From Podarcis cretensis (lineage: Eukaryota), in NCBI GenBank assembly GCA_951804945.1, contig OX638151.1:40982001-41046000 (forward strand): a stretch of DNA of 64,000 nt, in the 5' to 3' direction. Positions 46,101 through 58,100 of this stretch are shown in pieces. The notes under the pieces were generated by a model, which searched no databases, was not told where the DNA came from, and saw only the letters and a list, made by a program, of their open reading frames with translations. The translations under genes were made by a program, and so were the position numbers. Every line of letters begins with the position of its first letter. Positions within the stretch are counted from its first letter, which is position 1.

Positions 46101-49100
46101 CCTGCATGCAGCCCGTTGTTGCCTGTGGCTGCTAGGCTAATGCTTAAAAGCTGTACAGTGGTACCTCACAAGACGAATGCCTCGCAAGACGAAAAACGCG
46201 CAAGACGAAAGAGTTTTCCGTTTTTTGACTCGTTCCGCAAGACGAATTTCCCTATGGGCTTGCGAAACGTCTTGCGAGTTCTTGCGAGTTCTTGCGAGTT
46301 TGTTTCCTTTTTCTTAAAGCCGCTAAGCTGTTAATAGCCGCTAAGCCGCTAATAGCCGCTAAGCCGCTAATAGCCGTGCTTCGCAAGACGAAAAAACCGC
46401 AAGACGAAGAGACTCGCGGAACGGATTAATTTCATCTTGCGAGGCACCACTGTATAAAATAAAGATACTTGGTTGGATCCAGAGTTCTGTGGGCAAAATT
46501 TCACTCATGGAACAAGGTGCTCTCAGGTCTTGGCTCTCCCACTCTGTTTATGTTGCATGTCTCATGGTCATAAATATCAAGACCTCTAAAATGAGTGGTG
46601 AAGGTATTGCTTAATATGCAGCATCTCCAGAACCAGCCATCTTAGCTTCAAAGCATGAATCATGCATTTTACGCCTCTCTGAGTTCAGGGGATGCTGTTC
46701 CAAGTTGCTGACTTTGTTGTAACTTATGTGCCTCTCTTATCAGGGATGACTTGGCCGATGGTCCAATATTTAGCAGAGGCCTTTCACGTCCTCGAAGCCT
46801 TGAGCGATATCCCTCCTGTGAGGAAAATGCTTCTAGTCCTTTCAGTATGAGACATAATGAGGACTCTCACAGTAGGGATGTTTTCCTCCACCAATCAGAC
46901 TACAACATGAACTATGACCATCTACAGGCTCTCCCAAGGGAAACTGATAGGGATGGTGTACTACTTAGGAAGTCCTCGTATTCATCAGAGGATAGAGGGC
47001 GAGAGCCCAAACGTCCTCGATATGACCGAGACAACAGACTAATTGATATGAGCATAGAGCCTCAGGGTTTCCTGCCAGGGACACGAAACTATCGTAAGCG
47101 AAGTCCTAGTAGGAGCCCAAGCCCACCATATCTGGATTTCCGTGAGCTTGAAAGTGCTAGGAGAAAAAGAGAAGAGGAGCTGAGCAGAAATTTGAGTCGA
47201 GAATTGCCTGGACATGGTTATATGATCCCTGACAGGAGCAACCCACTGCAGTCTTCTGAACCTCGGTATCTCTATAGACCGGATGAAGCACCAGCAATGC
47301 CCAAAAAGTCCATTTTGAAGAAACGCGTGGAGGATTCTTCTGTGCAGGTTTGGCCTACATTCTTTTCTCTCCTTACTAAACTGTCAGTTACACTTTGCTG
47401 CTTTTTAGTAAATCTTATTTTACTTAATTGCGAAGCAATCTTATTTTACAATACCCAGGTCACCCTTGCTGTTGTGGAATCTTAAATGCCAAAATAACAG
47501 CATATTTAGGAACTGCTGTGTCTCTTTCACACCTTCCTACGGTTGACTGTTACTGTTCTAAACCACTGGCTACGATCCTGGTGTATCAAAGTTTTGTCTG
47601 TTTTATTGGTTATCACTGAATGTATTCACAAATGACAATTATTTCTTTTTTCTTTTAGCCTGAAGTCTTTTCCAGCAGTTCTGCCTCTCTCAAAGAGCCT
47701 CCCCTTATTACAGATCATCCTCCTTCGCAGAAGCGTAGCAGCATTGCTCCTTTTTCATCTGAGGTGGAGAATTTCCTTAAACAGTTCAACAAAAGTGCAG
47801 TTTCAGAATCTACAAATAAAGAGTCTCAAGGGAGTGTGCATAATTGGAAACTAAATTCTGGCCAACAGCAAAACACTTCCCCCTTCGAACAGAATTTCAG
47901 CAGTTTTTGGAAACAGAAAGACTATCATGAGTCCATATCAGAGCCTGAAGACCGGCACAATGACTTCTTACTTCCTCATGAAAGAGCCAGCCAGGATGGG
48001 AGTGGCTTTTCACGCATTCTTGGTATGATGGCAGATTCTACCAGTGCTCAGGAAAAGAGAAGGCGTGGCTTTCCTGACATTGAGGATGAAGAGAAGTTTC
48101 TTTATGGCGATGATGAAGATGACACTAGCATTAATTCCCCTGCTACTCTAAAGCCAACACTTAGTGTTGTTAAAGAACCTGAAAGCCTGAAAGAAAGTTC
48201 TCCTCCTGCTAATCCCTCTGTAAAACCTGGAAAATCCAGACCAGAGTATGAGAAAATTCATGACTTGCTCAAAACTATTGGTCTTGACATTGGGGTAACT
48301 GAAATTGGTAAGCTTGCTGCCCGCACTCAGGAACGACTCCATGGGAAGAAAGCATCTCGTTCTCCTGATCGTCATTCAATAACGTCTCATAAATTGGAAT
48401 CTAGGGAGAGGCGTCGTAGTCGTAGTGACACTCATTCTCCAGAATCAAGGCAGCATCACTCTCTCTCTCCCTCTGGTTCTTTCCCGCCATCTAAAGATAT
48501 ACCCTCTATTTCAAATTCTGAGCACACAGAAAGCATAACTGTAGGGCAAAATAATCCCACTCCCATACCAGAACAGTCTGTTCCCCCAATATCTCTAATG
48601 CCGTCGGCTCCACCTCTTCCTAATTTGTCTTCTACTTCCACTTCGGTTTCCCGGTATAGAGTTTCTCGCTTTTCACCATTCACTGCAACTCAACTGCCGC
48701 AAAACTATCCATCTCCCACAATGCCCCCTCCTGGTTATGATGCATATGGACACTATATGGCATATGCAGCATCTGGCTGGCCCATGTATGCTGCTCCTCA
48801 GCAGGCTGACCCCACACTTTCAGATGTACATGGGCTTGTCACACTGACAGTACCACCAAATCCCACGCGACCCAACCTCCGAGTTATTGAGACGGTTTCC
48901 ACAGGCAAAGGGACTCCCGATACCAAGAGAGATGACTCTGTGCTTGTACAAATCCCTAGTGCTACGACTTACTCAAAATTATCCCCTCAGTTTTCTCAGC
49001 CTTTTCTTAAAAGTGCTAAAGAAAGAATATCCGATGAAAGAAATCGGGCTTCTCAGAAGCTAAAGGTGAGTATTTTTAATGATGTTGATAATTTTGTTTC

Positions 49101-52100
49101 TTACAACACACAATCTAAAGGCATAAGAATGCTGAGTATCTGTGTTTATTTTTCAATCTTGATTGCTGTTTTTGGAATAGAATGTGCCTCCAGTGTTTAA
49201 AAATATTTGACTGTTCAATTAATCTGTGGCAGGAGATGCCTTATAAACACTTGAAACAAGGACACATCTTATTACTGAGTTGAGTTTCTTAGTGTGTTTC
49301 AAGTAGCATTTAAAATTCTTGAAACAAAGTGAAACAGATTACAGTCCTGTGAAATATCCCAAATTAGCAAGGTTCTCATAAAAATCTCTTTTAGGTTTTC
49401 TTTTTATATTCAGTTGCATTTGTGCATTTGGTGTCTTCATTTAGGAGTGAAGAGAAACATTTACTAAATAATAAGATTCTAGAATGGTAACTAGTACAAG
49501 ACTAAATTCACCAGGAAAACAGGCAAATATTTCCAAAAATGGATGCTTAAATATTATTACATTGCAGTAGATTGTGGCTACGTTCCAACAGAGTTAGTAT
49601 GTGCTGCAGCCCATTGATTTCAGTGGGCTTAAGCATGCTTAATTTTAATTAAACATCCAGTTGTGTCCCTCCTTTGACAGAGCATTCTTTCAGACTGGAG
49701 GCTTCTGTGAGCAGGAAGGGGTGTGTATGATTTTTTTAAATAACATTTTCCATCTGCAGCCCCTTCACTCATTTCAGAGAACTTCCTCTGTAGTTGAGAG
49801 AAAAGCAAAAGTTACTTAATTATTAAACTTTTATTTTGATTGAAAAATCAACATAGATACAGCATAGAATAAATGAGCTGCAACCTCTGAGCAGAGATGC
49901 ATTTGCATCAGATACTAATCCTCAAGGATACTTTAACATGATTATTGGAATTTCTCAAATTCAAGAAAAAGCAGTGGGAGTCATCCCAGTGTTTCTTTGA
50001 CTGGTCGATGAAAGAGGGTATTTTTATATCTTTGTTTCCTTCATTAACTTTCTAGGTAATGGAGGAAAGAGAGAAGTTGAGGTCTGAACAGGAAGCACGA
50101 CAAAAGAAACTGCACTATCTCAGGACTGAATTAGAACGACTTTTAAAACAGCAAGGTACTGTTTTCTCTCATTTTATGCCTCATTTTTCCCTGTGATGCT
50201 CTATAGTGGTGATACCAAGTGTAGGATTATTTTTACTTCTACTAATTTAGGCACCCCTAAATATTATCCTAAACAGGAATTAATTATTGTGAATCCTGTA
50301 TTGATTATTGCCAGTTCTGCATTCAGTAATGTGGACATAACTTTCTGGCATTTGGGCCTAACAGAATGGTGTGGGTCACATTTAAGTACACAAAATAATT
50401 TTGCATGTGTTAACATGATTTTCTTATGCTTCCTACTCCACTACTTTGACCGACTCAGGGGAGATGCTGCGGAAGAAACGTAGGGAGAAGGATGGACACA
50501 AAGACCCTTTGCTAATAGAAGTGAACAAACTACAGGAGAACATCATGAACGAGATTTCTCAGCTGAAGTTACATGCAGAGGCTGCAGAGAAGAAACAATC
50601 TGAGCTTGACAAAGTAGCTCAGATCCTGGGTATTAATATATTTGAGAAGTCCCGGAAGCAGTCTTCAGAAAATAAGGACTCATCAGAAAAAAACAAGTCA
50701 GAAAATGCAAAAGGTCAGGAGAGAACTTCCAACTCAGTCAAGGTAAAATTCTAAGTGCTGATTCTAACTGATGTTCTCACTTTTGGTAAAAACAGGGTGT
50801 TTGGAAGAATTTCTTGCCACCCGCTTCTTACATATTAAGTTCAAACTTTGTTAAGCTGTCACTTGTGTTTGACATAATTTTTATTTATTATTAGTATCCT
50901 GACTTTGGGGGTCACACATTCTTACCATGTTACTTAAAAGTAACATTAAATTCGTAAAAAATACAATAAACAATATCAACAAAAATAATAATAATCAAGA
51001 TCCTTCCCACAGGGAAGTTGGTGATAGAAAGGCCTAAGACAGGGAGGTAATAGTCTTTCCTGAATCCTTTCCACTGGTCCAGGAGTGGAGGGAATGATTT
51101 TAAGAGGAGGCTGGTGTTAGAATAATCTGATGACATTCTGCAGAGTAGGAAAAAACCAGAATGTTTATGCACAACAGTTATCAAGTAGTTTCTGAAGGAC
51201 CATGAATGTTGATTATTTCATGGAGCTTGTAATTTTAATTTCAAATAGCTTTCTGTGTGGTCCAGTTTTGAAAAACTTACATAAATTGAATTAATAGAAA
51301 TTGCTAAAAACACAACACCCATAATATAATGTTGATTTTTTTTTCTCCCCTTCAGCCTGAGGAAGTGCATAAAGAGAGAAGTCTATGTGGTGCTGAATAT
51401 GATTCATTCCTGTTTTTTTCTGTCTTAAATAATGCTATGATTATCTTTTGACTTGCTATGATTACCTTTTGACTTGAAATCTACCTCAGGCAGATTTTTC
51501 ATGCTCCTGCAATAGCCTTCATTTTCTTTAATAAACATTTTAAAAAGGGAAGAAATCATTGTGGCATTTTCTGGTTTGATGTAAAGAATCTGATAATTAT
51601 TCTGGAAGGAGACAACATGCATGTTTTTTCTTGTCGATCACAAGTGTGGAGTTACACAGTCTTTGCAAAAATGACAGAAAAAACCCCAAGAAAATTTAGT
51701 GGGAATGCAATTCTAATTTGGGTTGCCTTCCAAAACAGCCTGCTTGCATCAGGATGGATTTTCCCTTCTGCTACTCATTAACTTGGAAACTATGAGAGAA
51801 ATTTCCTAGCTCTTCTGAAAGTGAAACACTATGGAAAACACTGGATATGTGATCTCCTTAAGTCTGCTTTGCCGACCAGACCCTGTTTGTAGGCTTCCCA
51901 TAGACAGGATGCTAGACTAGATGGGCCATTGGTTTGATCACAGCATATCTGCTCTTAAAAAGGTAAAGGTACCCCTGCCTATACGGGCCAGTCTTGACAG
52001 ACTCTGGGGTTGTGCGCCCATCTCACTTAAGAGGCCGGGGGCCAGCGCTGTCCGGAGACACTTCCGGGTCACGTGGCCAGCGTGACATCGCTGCTCTGGC

Positions 52101-55100
52101 CAGAGCCAGAGCCAGAGCCGCACACGGAAACGCCGTTTACCTTCCCGCTGGTAAGCGGTCCCTATTTATCTACTTGCACCCGGAGGTGCTTTCAAACTGC
52201 TAGGTTGGCAGGCGCTGGGACCGAGCAGCGGGAGCGCACCCCGCCGCAGGGATTCGAACCGCCGACCTTTCGATCGGCAAGCCCTAGGCGCTGAGGCTTT
52301 TACCCACAGCGCCACCTGCGTCCCATATCTGCTCTTACAATCATGTAAAAACTAATCAGTTTCTAGAGCTCACAGCGCATTATTTGTGGGAGCAAGCAGA
52401 TCTGTGAAAGAGGAGGGGGATGTCTATATAATGCCAAAACATTCTTTATAATTCTCAAAGAAGGGAGTTAGAGGATATGAGCACACAACATTAAACATAA
52501 TGCTTTTCTTCACTGACTGACCTAAATATTTTTGGAAGAAAAAACTACAGTATCTTGACTGGAATACAAGGGTCTTATGTTGGTACTCTGGTCTCCTGAT
52601 CCAGTCAGTTCTTAATAATAGCTTGGAAGAGCAATTTATGTTTCCCCTGCAACTCTTTACAACTCGTTTAGGGAGGCTTTCCTAGGGATGTGGATTTTTA
52701 AAGAGTTTTATCACATATATTATACTTCTAGGGGACCAAAGAGTCAAACAGCATGACATAATAGACCCTATTTCTCATGTATGTTAAATGCAATAGCAGA
52801 GTCAGTAATTCAAGATTTGAGACAGACCAGATTCTTCTGCTGCAAGCTTTCTTCAGTGACAGCTTAGAACCTTAGAACCTGAGCACTTGCGTTTTGCCAC
52901 AATATAGAGTGTATCATATAAAGTAGTTACAGGTAGGTAGCCGTGTTGGTCTGCCGTAGTCGAAACAAAACAAAATATTAAAAAATAAAAAAAATTCCTT
53001 CCAGTAGCACCTTAGAGACCACCTAGGTTGGTTATTGGTATGAGCTTTCGTGTATCTGAAGAGGTGTGTGTTCATTTTATTTTGTTTCATATAGAGAGGG
53101 TATGCAAAGTGACTGGCTTTTTCAAAGACTTTTAAGTGTTTTTGAGAATTTACAAATTCATTGGGAGTTGCTGGGTATTTGGTACTTAAGTATTTGGTAC
53201 TTAAGTATGCATACCGCACACATGCACCGTGTACTCCATGGGATGTCATCCCTTGATTGCTTAGTACCTGCAACCTTGGCAACATGCTTGAGTCTCGTTG
53301 GAAGTTCTTTCCTGTTGACTGAACAACATCTGAGTCAGCAGTGCCAGCTCACTGAAATGGTGGAATTATCCTGGGCATTGACAAGCAGGTGATATATAGT
53401 TACATATATGTATATTTTGTGTTGTTTCTACTAAAGGCTAGTTTTGAGGCACTGGCTGTCATTTCACAGTTAGTAATATTTCATTTTTTTTCCAATTTAG
53501 GATTTAAAAACTAATGACAAACCTGGGTGCAGGAGCCCCAAGTCTACAGAATCTCATTTTCAGCCATCCAAACAGCATTCCCAGGAAACGAATATTTATG
53601 ACTATTATGACACGGGAAACCACTGGTGCAAGGACTGCAATACCATCTGTGGGACCATGTTTGATTTCTTCACACATATGCATAATAAGAAGCACAGACA
53701 GGTGTGTGCTATCGGGTTTTCATTAAGTAGTTTTAATTTGCTCTTCCAAGTTGTAAAATAATGTTTTGTAGAAAACAAAGAACTACATGCCAATCAACTT
53801 TCCTTTTAGAAAATACAGTTTGGAATAAGTTCTTATTCCTAATCTTTTTGGTATGGTTTGTCACTTACTATATTTCTCCACGTATAAGACGCCCTCTGTT
53901 TTTTTGAACCCAAAATTAAGATACCAATATTTTAAACATCAAACAGAACAACTTTTATATTTTCTTACATATTCAATGTCTGAGGGTAACTATTTGAATC
54001 CCAGCTTCATTTTGAGTGTCAATATGTGAGACAGTTCAGTACATGCCCACTTGGTATGTATAGTTCTGTTTTTCCTCAGTGCTTTTAGCATTTGGCAGGA
54101 AAGCAGACCTCATTTTAATATTTCTTTTGTCATTGTAAATAGACCTTGGATCCATATAACAGACCTTGGGATTTGAAGACTCAAACTGAAACAAAGCAAG
54201 ACCTTACAAAACGCATTGACAAGATACCAGTTCCTGCCAAAGGTAAGTTGCTTTTTATAGTTTAAGTGGTGTTTAGGAGGGCCAGATTGTTCACCTTACT
54301 GCCAAGAAATGTTTTGTCTTACTAGTGTCAACAAAAGACTCACTTCCAAGTAAACGTCTGACAGTTATTTTGTTTGCATGAATTGCTCTGTTACTGAATT
54401 AGTTGGGGATTGAAATGCAACATAAATTTGTATTTGAATGATAAACAAAGTATACAATGATAAGAATTGTTGAACAAGTGTAGTTTCCATTCTTCAGATC
54501 AGTTTGTTTCAAGTGGAATCCATGGTTAATTGGCTCATTTCAATTGTAGGGCTTTTTTTGTGTACTTTTTGTGGTTTTTTTTGGATTTTTTGTTGTTCAA
54601 AGCTGTAGCGTGTCTTATTATCATATTTCTGTAATTGATTGTTTTGGGCGGCATTTCAGGTTCCGAATTTCTAATCCCAGTCACTGGATATTACTGTCAG
54701 CTGTGCCAAGAATTTTTTGGAGATCAGATATCAGCAGAACAACATGTGAAAAATAATCCACATAATGAGAAATATAAGGTACCTGGAGTATTCGTTTTGA
54801 ATAAAAATGTTTAAAAGTCATCTTATTGAAGTCTTAAAGTCTTTTTCTGTTGCAAAAGGGAGGAGAAGCTATAGCTAAGTGGCATGACATATACTTAATA
54901 TGCAAAAGGTTCTGAATTCTGTCCCTGGCATCTCCAGGTAGAGCTGGGAAGGACTTTCAATCTTTTTGAGTCACTGTATGAACCTATGAACCTGAGAGTG
55001 TCTCATGCTATACCGACTGAGCTTTGCTAATGTAGATATTCTGAATAATAATTGTCTAGGAAAAACACTCTTTCTCCTCCCTCTTGCATTTCTCAGCAAG

Positions 55101-58100
55101 TACAATTAGTAGTGGGGTGGTGATGAGGAAGATAAAATATTGAGGAAGACAAACCTGTACCACTACTGAAATTTCACATTAAGTAACAAGTTCCTTGTCT
55201 TCACAGAAATATGTGGATGAAAATCCACTCTATGAAGAGAGAAGGAACATTGACCGTCAGGCAGGATTGTCTGTGATTCAAGAAACAGAACGCCGGTTGA
55301 AACGGAAGCTGTGTGAAAAGCAAAAAGAAGAGAGAGACGAAAAAGCAGTGAAAGTGGCAAGGAAAGAGGAACGAAAAAGTAAAGAGGAACCAAAGAATTC
55401 CAAAGAACTAGGAGATGGGGATAATGAAAATGAGTCTAATAAAAGGAAAGGAGTTTCTAATGGCCAGAAATGTGGGATTAAGCTTAAATTGAAAAAAGAT
55501 GACAAAGAGGTTGAAAAGAAGGAAGGGAAAAAAGAGGAACCACCAAAGGAGTCAAGAATGGCATCTTTTGGAAAGTTCAGCTGGAGGAAGACTGAGAGAG
55601 ATGAAAAAAATCAAGGCAAAGATGTAACTGCCCCTAAGGAGGAGAGCTTTGAGGAAAGTAAAGATAAAGAAAGCAAGTCACAATCTGGAAAACCAAATTC
55701 AAAGCCAATTGCAATTAAATTGTCTGGGAAAACTGTTATCCCACACACTAGTCCCTGGACACCAGTTGTTTCAACATCATCACAAGCAAAAATCAGGCCC
55801 AATTTACCAGCCCCCATGATGGTTCTCAGAAAGTCAGCAACAGCAACAGTAAGCAAGCCTGCACCTTTGAATACTTTCTTATCCATAAAATCCTCTGGTG
55901 CTAGCACCAAGCCACTTCCTGTTGTAAAAGAGGGTAATCCAGAACTTGTTCTACCTCCTGATATTATTTCGAAAGCATTTGGGGGAGAAGTAGTAGTTTT
56001 AAAGGGTTCACAGGAGAATGCAACGGTACCAGAACAAACAGAGGAACCTGATCATGAAGCTGTGTCCCGGGCTGTAGAACATGCAAAAGCTGCGGAACAT
56101 GCAAAGGCGACCGCAGCAATAGCACAGGAACAAGCAGCAAAGGCACAGGAGCAAGCAAATGTTGTGGCAAAAGCACAAGCAAAGGCACGGGAACTTGCTG
56201 CTGTGATAAAGGAGCAAGTTACAAGATTGGGTATTTTTGAGAGACCTAATTGCCGTCCTCCTCTACTTCCACTGCCATCAGGACCGCCGCTGTCAGCAGC
56301 ACTGCCAGTACCACCAGCAATGGCATTCCCACCTCCACCCGCAGTGCCACCAAAACAAGCAACCATCCTTGCAGATGACATGGCTCCTGGTGTGTCTGAG
56401 GATGATAAAAACATACTGGCAGTGCCCATGTGTCCCCATCCTTTGCCACCACCAACTATTTTCAGAGACCATGTTAAAAAACTGGAGAAAAAGAACTCTT
56501 GCCTGGCAGCAGGTAATGCCAAAGATCTATACGATATTTTCTACAACCGCAGTGGGAGGAGTCCAGCTGATAGCAAGTCTGTGAACTCTGCAACTTCAGA
56601 TAAAATTAAATCAAATCCTGTTGAGAGACAGAAAAAAACAGACCAGATGGCAGATCCCAAACCAAGCAGCAAGCCTGTCACACAAGAAACTCTACAAAAC
56701 ATACACAGTACCTCAGATGTTAACAAAATCCCTTTAAATGACAAGACCCCAGAAACAGATGATGCTGAAGTTGAGAAACTTTTGGCAGCCTATGAAGAAA
56801 ACTTTAAAACTGGTGTTGAGAGGGAATCAAAGAAAATCTCTCTTTCAGATGCACAGTCAATATTAAAATATGAATCCAATGATTTTTCAGTAAATGCCCC
56901 TGAGACAACAGATTTTAAATCTGATGATGATAAAGAATTAGCAGTGCAGTTGTCAGTAGATCGTGTTGCTCTTTTAGAAGATGTTAGCAAGAAACCATCT
57001 GAACTTGAAACAATAGAGTTAGCTATGCAGTTGCCAGAAAGCAATGCTTCTCCTTTGGAAGAACTCTACAAGAATTCCTCAGTATGTGAGGCAGCAGAGG
57101 TTAAATCTGATGATGATGAATTAACAATGCAGTTGTCCCTGGAACCTGGTACTAAGAAGCCATCGGAGCTGGGGACAGCAGAATTTGTGCTGCAGTTGCC
57201 AGAAAGCAGTGTTCCTTCTTTGGATGACTTTAGCAACAAACCCGCTGATCTTGTGACAACAGATTTTAAATCTGATGATGATAAAGAATTGGAAATGAAA
57301 TTGTCAGAAAACCATGTTGATCTCTTAGAAGATGTTAGCAAGAAGCCATCAGAGCTGGAGACTGCAGAATTAGCCATGCAGTTGCCAGAAAGCAATGCTT
57401 CTCCTTTGGAAGAACTTCATAAGAATCCATCTGTGTGTGAGGAAGCAGTGTTTAAATCTCTGGATGATAAAGAATCAGCAATGCAGTTGTCACAGGAACA
57501 TGATAATAAGAAGTCATCGGAACTGGAGACAGCAGAATTTACTATGCGGTTGCCAGAGAGCAGTGTTCCTCCTTTGGATGATGTTACCAACAAGCCCACA
57601 GGCCTTAAGACAACAGACGTTAAATCTCCTGACGATAAAGAACTAACAGTGCAGTTGTCAGAAAGCAGTGTTTTTCCTTTGGATGATTTTAGCAACAAAC
57701 CTGCAGACTTTGAGACAACAGACTTTAAATTTCCAGATGATAAGGAATTAGGCTTACATATGTCAGAAGACCATGTTGCTCTTTTAAAAGAGCGCGATGT
57801 TAGCAAGAAACGATCTGAATTTAAGACAGCAGGATTAGCCATGCAGTTGCCAGAAAGCAATACTTCTTTGGAAGAATTTTGCCAGAATTCATTGGAGTGC
57901 AGGGCAGCAGAGTATAAATCTCCTGATGATAAAGAATTAGCACTGCAATTGTCAGAAGACCAAGAGGCTCTTCTAAAAGATGTTAGCAATAAACCTCTGG
58001 GGCATGAGATGGCAGAGTTTAAATTTCCTGGTAAGAAAGAGTTAATAATGCAAATGGCAGAAAATGAGACTGACTTTACTGCTGAAGATGTTGGTGTGGC

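Noticed and set aside
56902-58070. Repeat-spacer-like periodicity suggesting a CRISPR-like array
   Set aside because: Units are degenerate, in-frame coding repeats with homologous 'spacers'; eukaryotic context with no cas genes.
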